Shown here in pieces: positions 1 to 9,372 of a DNA stretch of 64,000 nt. How positions within the stretch are numbered: position 1 is the stretch's first letter; each line of letters begins with the position of its first letter. The notes beneath the pieces are model-generated. The model saw only the letters and a program-made list of their open reading frames with translations. It had not been told where the DNA came from and made no database searches. Position numbers and translations under genes: made by a program. This DNA comes from Promethearchaeota archaeon (GTDB lineage: Archaea; Asgardarchaeota; Lokiarchaeia; Sigyniarchaeales; SOKP01): the NCBI GenBank assembly GCA_016839765.1, contig JAEOTP010000087.1:1-64000 (forward strand). Reading direction: 5' to 3'.

Positions 1-1
1 G

Positions 2-1114
2 GTAGAGGCTTTAAACATTAAAGATATCATAGTTGTACTTAATAAAATAGACCTATTTAAAGGTGATATGAAGCAAGAAATGGAAAAAACAAGAAACTTC
101 TTTCAATCAACATCTTATGGTGCACAAATACCTATATTTGCAGTATCTGCCAAAGAAAAAATAGGATTTGAAAAATTAAAAGGAGGAATTCTAGAAAAAA
201 TTAAAGAGCTTGAAATAAAAAGAGAACTCAAGGGAAGTATCAAAATGCCCATAGATCACCATTTTTCGATAAAAGGGAGAGGGACAATAATAACGGGCAC
301 ATTATTAAGGGGGAAATTAGAACTAAATCAAAAAATATATATATTGCCTTTAGGAATTTCAGGGAGAGTTAAATCGATTCAAATTTTTCGTCAAGATGTA
401 AATATCGCAAAAGCGGGTGATAGAATTGGGATTAATATTAAAGGATTGGATGCAAAGAAGATATATAGGGGGTGTTATGTAACAGATAATAAAAGTGCTT
501 TTGATTACTGTGATTTAATTGAAGTAAAAGTAAATAAAAACAAATTATTTAAAGCAGAAACCCATTTTGGCACTCAACTCCATGTAACAATTGGAATGTT
601 TACTACAGCAGGATTTATATATCCCTATTATGAATTCAACGGAAAAAAAATTCAAATGAGCATAAAAAATGATTTAAATAATTTTAAAGCTTTTTTATGG
701 TTAAATGAGAGAATCTTAATTGGTAAAGAAAAAACTACCATGTTATTAAGTCGATTAGATTTGCCTCCAACAACTTTAAGGATATTAGGATCGGCAGAGT
801 TAACAAAAATACATCAAGAACCGCCATTACTATATAAATATAAAATAAAAAAGGGGATGATTCAAAATCCAACCCATTCTCAAGGTATAATTTGTAGCGG
901 TTTAGCACAAAGTTTAATAGGTGCTAAAAAAATTATAGGACGAAAATTAGAGCCTCCTTTTACAAAAATACTTAGTCCATTTGGAACAAAAGGATCTGTA
1001 ATTGTGGGGATTGAAAGTACTAAAAATATTATAAAAAAAGGGGATAACGTCATTTTGAAAGAATTAAGAAGTTTTAAATTGAAATCTAAAAAAGATTTAA
1101 ATGTTCAAAATTAA
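2..1114 (+). CDS. selB: Selenocysteine-specific translation elongation factor (archaeal SelB/eEFSec), 5'-truncated by the window edge
   Basis: The frame is open from nt 2 (VEALNIKDIIVVLNKIDLFKGDM...) and gives the G4 motif NKID. Also G5 VSAK, domain II DHHFSIKGRGTIITGT and AGDRIG, and the archaeal SelB signature RLDLPPTTLRI. Confidence 0.88.
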   Translation, partial: VEALNIKDIIVVLNKIDLFKGDMKQEMEKTRNFFQSTSYGAQIPIFAVSAKEKIGFEKLKGGILEKIKELEIKRELKGSIKMPIDHHFSIKGRGTIITGTLLRGKLELNQKIYILPLGISGRVKSIQIFRQDVNIAKAGDRIGINIKGLDAKKIYRGCYVTDNKSAFDYCDLIEVKVNKNKLFKAETHFGTQLHVTIGMFTTAGFIYPYYEFNGKKIQMSIKNDLNNFKAFLWLNERILIGKEKTTMLLSRLDLPPTTLRILGSAELTKIHQEPPLLYKYKIKKGMIQNPTHSQGIICSGLAQSLIGAKKIIGRKLEPPFTKILSPFGTKGSVIVGIESTKNIIKKGDNVILKELRSFKLKSKKDLNVQN

Positions 1115-1141
1115 TTTATATTATTAACTGAGGTAGTAATA

Positions 1142-1576
1142 ATGGAAAGAATACATAGTTCTGAAATTGAAATCGATCAAGAAATTCTAGATGAGTTAAT
1201 GCGTAATTTAGAACAATTAGAGAGTTCTACAGACCTTGAAGGAACTGCTTTAGTATCAAAAACAGGATTGAGAATTGCTAGTTCTGAAACTGCTGATATA
1301 GTTGCTGATGTATATAGTGCAAGTCCCGCAACTTTAATTTCCTTAGGAGAAAAGATAAGTAGTGGACTTGGTCAAGGTGAATTAAGAGAAATCGTGATTA
1401 GAGGCGTAAAAGGATACACAATTATTATTGTTGGTGATGCTGAAAACAATTTTATGCTTTTTACTAATTGTAAAAAAGGCTATAAATTAGGCTATTACTT
1501 CCATAAAATTCGCAAATCTTTCAAAGAAATGGAACCAACTCTTAAGAAAATACAAACTTCTGAACGTCAATCTTAA
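1142..1576 (+). CDS. Roadblock/LC7 (MglB-like) domain protein
   Basis: LEGTALVSKTGLRIASS...ISLGEKISSGLGQGELREIVIRGVKGYTIII follows the roadblock pattern. SD-like GAGGT lies upstream. Confidence 0.85.
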   Translation: MERIHSSEIEIDQEILDELMRNLEQLESSTDLEGTALVSKTGLRIASSETADIVADVYSASPATLISLGEKISSGLGQGELREIVIRGVKGYTIIIVGDAENNFMLFTNCKKGYKLGYYFHKIRKSFKEMEPTLKKIQTSERQS

Positions 1577-1584
1577 GATTTCAT

Positions 1585-1624
1585 TCTTAATTCTATGAAT
1601 TAAGACTAAGCCTTAATTCTATGA
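1585..1624. terminator. Perfect 9-bp hairpin plus 13-bp direct repeat between convergent genes (possible terminator)
   Basis: TCTTAATTC-tat-GAATTAAGA at 1585-1605. CTTAATTCTATGA occurs at 1586-1598 and 1612-1624. Confidence 0.3.
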
Positions 1625-1675
1625 TTGTTAATTATCTTTTAAATTTAAAAGAAAAAATGAAGAAATTGAAACTAA

Positions 1676-3463
1676 TTAACTCAATACCCATCTTACTACA
1701 TCTCCATTATTAAGATAATAGTGATTTGCTGCACTTACGATATATTCATCATTTACATAAAATAACCAATTTCCATAAGTTCCGTTCACAGCTTCTACAA
1801 GATATCCCATTTCTCCATAATCTTTATAAGTCACAACACAACTATAATTTAAGGCATCAAAAGCTGTTGTCTTAGAATTTATTAAATTTATGTCTTCTAC
1901 TCTTATTATGGTGCCATTTCCATAATCTACGATTAAAGTAATATCATATACCTCTTGCTTTGGTTCATCTAAAGAACTTACCGAAAAATTAGACATAAAA
2001 ATAAATAATGAACTAAAACACGCTACTCCTAATATTGCAATTAATGCAAATTTGTTCAATTTTTTATATCTAGTACTAATTTTAGATGCTATTAATGATG
2101 TTATTGCTACAATACCACTAATAGATATAACTAAAAGGTATGGAAAAATCTCTAATAATAAGTTATTTTGAGGAGTGGTTTGTATAGTGCGATACCAAGG
2201 CTTATAACCTTGAATTCTTATCTCAAGCGAATAGTTTCCTATTGAAGTTTTTGCCCATAATAACAATCCAGTTTGTTTTTCATAAATCAGGTATGTCTTT
2301 TGAGCTCCATTAATTTGATCAAATTTTATTTTTAAGGTTAAATCCGATTCTTGAATTTCAACAGTTCCAGAAGCGAAACCACTAGCTTCTTGAAAGGCTA
2401 ATTGCTTAATCCCAGTGATATTGTCCATCATGGTGATCAGAAATCCTGGTTGAAAATTATTATAGCCAAGTATCATATTATAAGCTATTTCACTATTTGA
2501 TCTGTTATTAAGAGTGAAATTTAAATTCAAAATCCCTGATACATTCTCGAATATATTGATATCTAACCATGGAATGGGATCTTTAAATACGTTCCCCCAG
2601 TCATTTATATCTTTATTGAATAATCCTGTAAAATTAATATTTATCAATCCTGAAGGATTAGTTCTAAAATTACCTTCAAATGAATCTGCTGGCCATGGTG
2701 TGAAATTATACCAACTAGCTGCTCCGCCAAAATCATCTACAATATAATTAAAAATTTGATCTTGGCTCATAGTAAAATTAATTGAATTAATTTCAAGCCT
2801 ATAATTTCCGACTCTAGTTTTAGCCCAAACCAATAGTCCTGTTGATTTATCATATTTAAGATATGTTCTTTGGGTTCCACTTGATTGCTCATAACTGATA
2901 TAAAGAAAATGATAGGATTCTTCAGTAATCACTTCTCCAGAAAAAAAACCAGTTGCTTGTTCTTGTGCCAATTCTTTGATAAGGCTGACATTACTATTTG
3001 GAATCAAAAATCCTGGTTGAAATTGACTAAAACCTAAAATTAGATTATATGCCACTTCACTATTAGATCGATTTGTAATAGTAAAATTAGTTTTTAATAC
3101 TCCTAAGTCATTTTCAAGTACCTTTATATCCAACCATGGAATTGGATTTATAAATACGTTACCCCAGTCATTCGGATCTTTATTATAAAATCCAGAGAAA
3201 TTTATAATTATTTGACCTAATGGATTTGTTTTAAAATTTCCCTCAAAAGAATCTGCGGGATATGGTGTGAAGTTATACCAACTAGAAATTCCGCCAAAAT
3301 CAGAAACATTATAGATATAAACTCCATTTAAATCAATGTCGTGGTAATAATCTTCTGGAATTGAACTTTTAGCTTTAATAGAATAAATGTTGCTTCCATT
3401 TAATAAAGTAAAAAATAATACTAAAGTTAAAGCAAAAATCAAAATCTTCTTATTTTTCATCAC
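1676..3463 (-). CDS. Membrane-anchored surface protein: two tandem ~189-aa repeats, 2 TM helices, C-terminal DUF4430 (transcobalamin-like) domain
   Basis: N-terminal signal/TM. The block DFGG..SWYNFTP.PADSFEGNF.TNP...TGLL.WAKT..GNY.LEI occurs twice. The C-terminus TTAFDALN...GYLVEAVNG...WLFYVN...AANHYYLNNGDVVRW matches DUF4430. Confidence 0.75.
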   Translation of the reverse strand: MMKNKKILIFALTLVLFFTLLNGSNIYSIKAKSSIPEDYYHDIDLNGVYIYNVSDFGGISSWYNFTPYPADSFEGNFKTNPLGQIIINFSGFYNKDPNDWGNVFINPIPWLDIKVLENDLGVLKTNFTITNRSNSEVAYNLILGFSQFQPGFLIPNSNVSLIKELAQEQATGFFSGEVITEESYHFLYISYEQSSGTQRTYLKYDKSTGLLVWAKTRVGNYRLEINSINFTMSQDQIFNYIVDDFGGAASWYNFTPWPADSFEGNFRTNPSGLININFTGLFNKDINDWGNVFKDPIPWLDINIFENVSGILNLNFTLNNRSNSEIAYNMILGYNNFQPGFLITMMDNITGIKQLAFQEASGFASGTVEIQESDLTLKIKFDQINGAQKTYLIYEKQTGLLLWAKTSIGNYSLEIRIQGYKPWYRTIQTTPQNNLLLEIFPYLLVISISGIVAITSLIASKISTRYKKLNKFALIAILGVACFSSLFIFMSNFSVSSLDEPKQEVYDITLIVDYGNGTIIRVEDINLINSKTTAFDALNYSCVVTYKDYGEMGYLVEAVNGTYGNWLFYVNDEYIVSAANHYYLNNGDVVRWVLS

Positions 3464-3628
3464 TAATTCACTACTAAAGGATTTAAGAAGGAAACTTATC
3501 CTACATAATTTTAATAATAATTAGAAATTTTTGATTATATTTAACTTTTTACAATAACTTTATATAATATATTATTATTTTTATATTAGGATAGTTTACC
3601 AGAATTTGAATATATTGAAATAAAAGGA

Positions 3629-4252
3629 ATGAGCTTAGAAGATTATAAAACTATGGAATTGGATAAAAAAGAGAAATATAATGGTTCTGTGTGGCTTGAA
3701 AAAAACATTTTTCGGATTGTTTTGATTAGCACTTTCTCAGCATTAGCTGTAGTTTTAGGATATGCATTAGCATACATTCCAAATGTTGAATTATTCACAT
3801 TGATGATTTTTCTGGGGGGCCTCATTTTAGGTAAAAGGGATGGCATAATCATAGGGCTCTTAAGCTCATTTGTATTTGTATTTTTTAATCCTTTGGGAAC
3901 TTCTCCATTGCCTCTTTTTATTTATCAAATTATTCATTATTCTTTAACTGGTTTGATTGGTGGCATTACAAGAGGTTTTCTGCTCAAAAAAAAAGACTTT
4001 AAGCCAAAAGAAGATTTATATTCATTTCGATTAATGGCTTTTCTAGGGTTGATTGGAGCTATGATTACATTTATTTATGATATCATTAGCACCTTAATGG
4101 GAGCATTTATAGTATCTTTTAGTTTAGAATTTTTTATAGTTTCATATATTTATGGAATTCCTTTTACTACAGTACATTTAATTGGAAATACGCTAGAATT
4201 TATCTTTATTTTGCCAGGACTAACTAGTTTAATTTATAAATTATTAGATTAG
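3629..4252 (+). CDS. ECF transporter S-component, CbrT-like (putative cobalamin)
   Basis: About 5-6 TM helices in 207 aa. FSALAVVL...IPNVE...GLILG...GIIIG matches the S-component/CbrT pattern. Confidence 0.72.
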   Translation: MSLEDYKTMELDKKEKYNGSVWLEKNIFRIVLISTFSALAVVLGYALAYIPNVELFTLMIFLGGLILGKRDGIIIGLLSSFVFVFFNPLGTSPLPLFIYQIIHYSLTGLIGGITRGFLLKKKDFKPKEDLYSFRLMAFLGLIGAMITFIYDIISTLMGAFIVSFSLEFFIVSYIYGIPFTTVHLIGNTLEFIFILPGLTSLIYKLLD

Positions 4253-4294
4253 AGTAAATTAAACTAAATAATTAATAATTATGAAGAAAAAGTA

Positions 4295-4774
4295 TTACTC
4301 TGTTTCAGTTAGGAGTGTTATTTTGCCTCCAGCAGCCTCAATTTTGTCCATGGCTTGTTTTGAGGCTCTATTGACAGAAATATTAATTTTTTTGTTAATT
4401 TCTCCGCGACCTAATATTTTTTGAATATTAATGTCATTTAAATTAATAATATAGGTATTTCCAGTTTTAGATGCAATATTTTCTAGTACTAATTTATCAA
4501 TTTTTTGATCTAAATCTTTGATATTTAGAGTATTGGTTTTATAAATGCGTGTTATATCTTGAGGTCTTTTAAAACCTTTTTTGCCCATATTCCAATCAGG
4601 ATCAGGAAAACCTAGTTCTTTTTGTTTAAGATAATAAGATTTTTTGCTTTTTTTCCACTGAGTAGTTTTTCCGCGACCTGCTCTTTGTCCGGTTTTACGG
4701 TGTTGTCCTACTCGACCATAGCCACATGTTCGAGTTCCTCTCTTTTTTCTTATTTTTTTTGGAAATTTTCTCAT
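4295..4774 (-). CDS. rpl15: 50S ribosomal protein uL15
   Basis: RGTRTCGYGRVGQHRKTGQRAGRG, KILGRG and KIEAAGG. Confidence 0.96.
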   Translation of the reverse strand: MRKFPKKIRKKRGTRTCGYGRVGQHRKTGQRAGRGKTTQWKKSKKSYYLKQKELGFPDPDWNMGKKGFKRPQDITRIYKTNTLNIKDLDQKIDKLVLENIASKTGNTYIINLNDINIQKILGRGEINKKINISVNRASKQAMDKIEAAGGKITLLTETE

Positions 4775-4794
4775 AATTATTACACCTTTAATCT

Positions 4795-5340
4795 TTAAAT
4801 CATCTTATATATTAATTCATTTATAAAATTTCGAACATATCCTAAAGTACCGCCTTCTCCATAATGCTTTTTGATAGAACCTCGATAGCCTTTTCGGGGG
4901 GGATGCAATCGAAATACAGGTTTAATTTTATTTATATCTTTGGTTTTATATTGTATTTCACCCTTCAATAAAGCTTTAGCAATTTCTTTAATATTTTTAT
5001 ATTTTGTCAAATTCTCAATATACTCATCTGTAAGTGGTTTATTTCCTTCTACTCTCCCTCTTACTCTCAAAAGTCTGATTAGTGTTTTCTCATCAATTTC
5101 CCCATAAGAGATATAATCTTTACATTTATTGAGCATTCCCATATAACTTTTTTCTCCCCAAATAAGAACACCATGATTTACCTTATGCATTCTTAGCATT
5201 TGTAGAGTATTAAGAATAGTTCTTCTCATTCCAGGAGCGCCTCTTATTCTAATAGCGAAAAATAATACTGGAGGACGCGATTCTTTAATTTTCGGTTTCT
5301 TTTTAGTAATTGACTCATTTTTGGCCATCATATTAACCAC
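4795..5340 (-). CDS. rpl30: 50S ribosomal protein uL30 (archaeal long form)
   Basis: AIRIRG...TLQMLRM...PVFRLHPPRKG; expected operon position. Confidence 0.95.
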   Translation of the reverse strand: MVNMMAKNESITKKKPKIKESRPPVLFFAIRIRGAPGMRRTILNTLQMLRMHKVNHGVLIWGEKSYMGMLNKCKDYISYGEIDEKTLIRLLRVRGRVEGNKPLTDEYIENLTKYKNIKEIAKALLKGEIQYKTKDINKIKPVFRLHPPRKGYRGSIKKHYGEGGTLGYVRNFINELIYKMI

Positions 5341-5347
5341 TTATTAT

Positions 5348-5962
5348 TTATAAATTAAAACTAAATTTATGAGCATTTTTTAGGGCATTAAATGTAGCTT
5401 TAACTAAATTTTCACTTGTCCTAGTATCACCAAACGTTTTACTCCATATATCTTCAATACCAGCTAATCGTAATAATTGTTTTACCTTATCTGCACATGC
5501 TAATCCTACTCCTGCTGGAGCAGGAATAAGTTGAATTCTGACTGAACCACATTTGCCATTTATTTTAAATGGAATGCTATGAGTACCTCCACATCCACAT
5601 TCCTTACTACCACACCCTCGAAGAATAGGAATAACAGATAGTTTAGCTTTGCCAATTGCTTTTCTTATCGCAGGACCTACTTCACGACTCTTAGCTGCCC
5701 CTATCCCTATAAATCCTTCGGCACCCACAAGCACCACTGCCTTGAATTTAGATCGTTGACCACTAGCACTCATTTGCTGAACCATAGCTATTTTGACAAC
5801 ATCTTCACGTAATTGTGGGAGAAGAACATCTATTATTTCTTTCTCTTTAACAACAAGATTATTTGCAAATATTTTATCAAGAGTGATCAATCCCTGCTTA
5901 ACAAGCTCACCAAGGCGCGTCCTTGGAACCCATGATTCTTCAATATTTCTTAATCGACTCAT
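5348..5962 (-). CDS. rps5: 30S ribosomal protein uS5
   Basis: WVPRTRLGELV, GKCGSVRIQLIPAPAGVG and LAGIEDIWSKTFGDTRT. Confidence 0.97.
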   Translation of the reverse strand: MSRLRNIEESWVPRTRLGELVKQGLITLDKIFANNLVVKEKEIIDVLLPQLREDVVKIAMVQQMSASGQRSKFKAVVLVGAEGFIGIGAAKSREVGPAIRKAIGKAKLSVIPILRGCGSKECGCGGTHSIPFKINGKCGSVRIQLIPAPAGVGLACADKVKQLLRLAGIEDIWSKTFGDTRTSENLVKATFNALKNAHKFSFNL

Positions 5963-5976
5963 ATTAGTTCACCAAT

Positions 5977-6570
5977 TTAAACACTATTTTCAATTGCTTT
6001 CAATGTAGAGGAAAACATTTGACTAATTTTTAATGGATTTATATTTACCTTATTTAAATAACCTGAAAATACTTTCTCATATTTTTCAGGATCTTCATTT
6101 TTTAAAATATTAGCATACTTTTCGATATGTTCACCCTTGATTCTTTCTTCCAAGTTCTCTGGAAAGAATTTTTCATTATATGGAACTTCTAAACCAGTAT
6201 CTATTATCCCTTTAGAAGCCGCAAGTAATCGATTATGATGAAGGAAGATTCCTAAATCAAGTATTGCTTTTGAAATATCTTTTTTCTTTGTTCTTAAACC
6301 TGCAAGATATCCTGTTAAATACGCAGCAGGTATATTTCCTGTACTTGCTTTCCAGCCAAATTTGTCTTTTAATTCTTTAGAAAATGCAGAAGATAAAACT
6401 TTATCGCCTCCAATTTTAGATTGAATAAGTTGAACAATTATATGATTATTTGATGCTCTTACTACTATTCTCAATTTTTTTGATTTAAGTAATTTTAATC
6501 TCCTATGATAATCTGTTTTTCCATCTTCTCTTCTTCTAAAAGCTCTTCTATATTTTGGTCCTTTAGTCAT
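5977..6570 (-). CDS. rpl18: 50S ribosomal protein uL18
   Basis: FRRREDGKTDYHRRLKLL and NIPAAYLTG. Confidence 0.97.
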   Translation of the reverse strand: MTKGPKYRRAFRRREDGKTDYHRRLKLLKSKKLRIVVRASNNHIIVQLIQSKIGGDKVLSSAFSKELKDKFGWKASTGNIPAAYLTGYLAGLRTKKKDISKAILDLGIFLHHNRLLAASKGIIDTGLEVPYNEKFFPENLEERIKGEHIEKYANILKNEDPEKYEKVFSGYLNKVNINPLKISQMFSSTLKAIENSV

Positions 6571-6572
6571 TA

Positions 6573-7028
6573 TTACCTACCTCTTCTTAACAATTCTTTC
6601 TCTCTAATATACCGATTCATTTGAGTAACGCTGTTAAACATTCCACCTTTAGCATTTTTATATAACTTTCGATAGATAGCAGCTGTAATTAATTTTCGAT
6701 CTCTTAATTTTTTTAATTCTCTTCTTTGAGGGCGAATCCTCTTCATCCAGGCTTTTTTCTTTGGATTTCTGGCATATTTAGTCCCTTTTCTCTTTCCTAA
6801 ACCCCTAGCCCTTCCTTTTTTCTTCTTCTGATGATGTAAATTTTTCCTATATTTTGAAATTCCTTTTTTATATTTTTTTCTTATTATACCTTCTTTAATT
6901 AAACTCCTTACATCTTCTCTAGTTATAGCTAATTGAATCTCATCAATCAAATAAGGATCAAAATAGACCCGATTTTCGCCACATTTTAATATTTCTGCTG
7001 CCATTCTTTTTTGGGCTTTTAGACTCAT
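6573..7028 (-). CDS. rpl19e: 50S ribosomal protein eL19
   Basis: QKRMAAEILKCGENRV...AITREDVRSLI...GKRKGT. Confidence 0.97.
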   Translation of the reverse strand: MSLKAQKRMAAEILKCGENRVYFDPYLIDEIQLAITREDVRSLIKEGIIRKKYKKGISKYRKNLHHQKKKKGRARGLGKRKGTKYARNPKKKAWMKRIRPQRRELKKLRDRKLITAAIYRKLYKNAKGGMFNSVTQMNRYIREKELLRRGR

Positions 7029-7049
7029 AATTTCTCACCAAAATTATAT

Positions 7050-7529
7050 TTATTCCTCATCTAATGATTCTTCTAGATCTTCTAAATCAAGGTACTCCTC
7101 TTCTTCAAGAGATGTTTCTAACATTGATTCTAAACTTTCTAATTCTTTTTGGGATATTCCTAAATTAAGTACTTTAAATCCCCTATTTTGAGCATAATCA
7201 ACTAGTGTAATTCTTTTTTTGGCACCTACTCTTCCTGAAATTTTAATAGCATGTTTTTTATTACTTAATCCTTTAAAATCATTTAATGTAAAAATTCTTA
7301 CTTCTTCAAATCCTGATGGATGTAATCCCCTAATTTTTTTAGGGCTTCTATAACCTATCGTTGGAGATTTAACACCACTTTTTTTCTTTTTCCTTGTTTT
7401 TGAATCAATACCTCTAGCTTTTCTCCATGAATCTTTTACCCTTTTATATCTCCATGACTCTACTCGTCTGAATGAGGGTTTCTTTTTCTTTAATTTTTGT
7501 CTGAGTTGTAATAATTTTTTTGGTTGCAT
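7050..7529 (-). CDS. rpl32e: 50S ribosomal protein eL32 with acidic C-terminal tail
   Basis: SWRKARGIDSK...GYRSP...RGLHPSG. Confidence 0.96.
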   Translation of the reverse strand: MQPKKLLQLRQKLKKKKPSFRRVESWRYKRVKDSWRKARGIDSKTRKKKKSGVKSPTIGYRSPKKIRGLHPSGFEEVRIFTLNDFKGLSNKKHAIKISGRVGAKKRITLVDYAQNRGFKVLNLGISQKELESLESMLETSLEEEEYLDLEDLEESLDEE

Positions 7530-7544
7530 TATTATTTCTCCATA

Positions 7545-8123
7545 TTATTTAATTTGCCAGAGAATTTCATCTCCAACTTGTTTTTTAAAAAGGTAGATAC
7601 CATCTTGAAATACTCGAGGATCTTTCTTTTTAATTCTACAGCATTTTTTAAGATTCGCAGCAGTTTGTCCTAATTTTTCTTTGTCAGGTCCAATTAGGAT
7701 AATATCTTCTCCCTCAACCTTTACTTCTACATTATCTAAAAACTTTGATATTCTAGGAGCTCTTTCTCCTAAAAAGTTGATGACATGTACTTCATTTTTA
7801 TTTGACTTCACTTCAGCAGTAAAAGGAAAGTGAGAATAAGCAATTTTGCAATAATACTTATAATTTTTTTGAACACCAATAATTAGGTTTTTAATTATGT
7901 TATATATTGTGTTGGTTAACGCAAGTGTACCGCTTTTAGGGAAATTACATGAAAATATAATAGTATTTCCTTCAATTGAAACTTTAACTCCTCTTATATG
8001 AGAAAAATCTTTTGTTATTTCTCCATTCGGTCCATTTACAGTTATATGGTGACCTCCACCTAAAGTGACCTTTACACCTTTGGGAATCTCCAATTCTTGC
8101 TTAAAAAATGCTGTTTTTACCAT
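7545..8123 (-). CDS. rpl6: 50S ribosomal protein uL6
   Basis: YSHFP, NFLGERAPR and KDPRVFQDGIY. Confidence 0.97.
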   Translation of the reverse strand: MVKTAFFKQELEIPKGVKVTLGGGHHITVNGPNGEITKDFSHIRGVKVSIEGNTIIFSCNFPKSGTLALTNTIYNIIKNLIIGVQKNYKYYCKIAYSHFPFTAEVKSNKNEVHVINFLGERAPRISKFLDNVEVKVEGEDIILIGPDKEKLGQTAANLKKCCRIKKKDPRVFQDGIYLFKKQVGDEILWQIK

Positions 8124-8145
8124 TATTAATTACCCTTATACATTT

Positions 8146-8538
8146 TCAATAGACATAACATAATGACATACCAGCTATATTTTTTTCTTCTGCTTCTTTC
8201 ATTGTCATTATGCCTTGATTAGTAGTCATAATTATTAATCCTAAACCTGGTGCTGGTAATAGCCTTCTTTCGATCATTTCGAACTGGGAGACTTTATAAT
8301 TCAGTCTTAATAGTCCCTTTGCCTCATTTATTCTACCTAATAGAGCAACTCTAAACTTTCCTTGGCGTCCATCATCATATCTTTCGAATTCCCCAATATA
8401 AGCATTTTTTTGCAGAATTAATAGAATTTTTTGTATTAATTGAGATGCTGGGCTTAGGATTACTTCTTTCTTTCTTGCTCTTTCTGCATTACGCATCATA
8501 TTCATCGCATCTGCCAGTGTATTTACCAATTTTTCCAC
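8146..8538 (-). CDS. rps8: 30S ribosomal protein uS8 (true start may be TTG at 8529)
   Basis: YIGEFERYDDGRQG, LLPAPGLG and TTNQGIM. An SD-like GGTGG precedes the TTG. Confidence 0.96.
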   Translation of the reverse strand: MEKLVNTLADAMNMMRNAERARKKEVILSPASQLIQKILLILQKNAYIGEFERYDDGRQGKFRVALLGRINEAKGLLRLNYKVSQFEMIERRLLPAPGLGLIIMTTNQGIMTMKEAEEKNIAGMSLCYVY

Positions 8539-8571
8539 CTTTTTTGAATTTTTATAATTTAATCAAATATT

Positions 8572-8727
8572 TTAATCATACCGCCGAAATCCAATATCTT
8601 TACCTATTTCATAGAAACATCGTCTACAAATATATAAACCATACCTTCTTATTAATCCTCTATGAGTTCCACATCTTCTGCATGTTCTTTGACCCTTGCC
8701 AATTTTACCTTGTGGCACCTGAATCAT
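8572..8727 (-). CDS. rps14: 30S ribosomal protein uS14 (zinc-binding type), absent from the ORF track
   Basis: Manual translation gives MIQVPQGKIGKGQRTCRRCGTHRGLIRRYGLYICRRCFYEIGKDIGFRRYD*, with CxxC...CxxC, at the canonical position between uL5 and uS8. Confidence 0.96.
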   Translation of the reverse strand: MIQVPQGKIGKGQRTCRRCGTHRGLIRRYGLYICRRCFYEIGKDIGFRRYD

Positions 8728-8754
8728 CTTTTTTAATTAATTTCTTTTATTAAC

Positions 8755-9360
8755 TCACATAAATTCTAAATCCAATTGTTCTACAATATCCACTCCAAAA
8801 TTTTTTTTGAAAAAATATTGAGCTTCTAATCTAGAAACATAGTGATGTTTTGGAACTTTAGCTCGAGCTTTCCTTCGATATTTAACCCTCATACCAGGTC
8901 TTATAATTCTTCCAACAACGTCTAAACCCCATATACCTATTAAATTATCATATTCAATACCTGGTATAGATATATGCTCAGTTATTCCAAAACCAAAATT
9001 ACCATAATTATCAAAACTCCTACGAAGAATTTTGTTATTATTTACAATTAATAGTCTTTTTAATAATTTCTCTGCCTCAATACCTCTTATAGTAACCATA
9101 GTCCCTATAGGACGTCCTTTTCTTAAATTAAATTCTTTAATATTTCTTTTTGAGAGGGTTTTTATAGGTTTTCTGCCGGAAATTGTTTCTAAGACGGTTA
9201 CAGCTCTTTCTAATTCTTCACCACCAGCACCAACACCAATATTTAACACTATCTTCTCAAGAAAAGGCCTTTTCATAATATTTTTCCATAAATTCTCGAA
9301 TTCTTCTGTTTGTGCTTTAGGGATTTTCTTTTTAGTTTTGACTGACAACTTAAATATCAC
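8755..9360 (-). CDS. rpl5: 50S ribosomal protein uL5
   Basis: KIVLNIGVG, SFDNYGNFGFGITEHI and GIWGLDV. Confidence 0.97.
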   Translation of the reverse strand: MIFKLSVKTKKKIPKAQTEEFENLWKNIMKRPFLEKIVLNIGVGAGGEELERAVTVLETISGRKPIKTLSKRNIKEFNLRKGRPIGTMVTIRGIEAEKLLKRLLIVNNNKILRRSFDNYGNFGFGITEHISIPGIEYDNLIGIWGLDVVGRIIRPGMRVKYRRKARAKVPKHHYVSRLEAQYFFKKNFGVDIVEQLDLEFM

Positions 9361-9372
9361 TTCTTATTTTGA

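Noticed and set aside
3464-3628. Cobalamin riboswitch between the DUF4430 and ECF genes
   Set aside because: The spacer is extremely AT-rich and has no B12-box or GGGAA core motifs.
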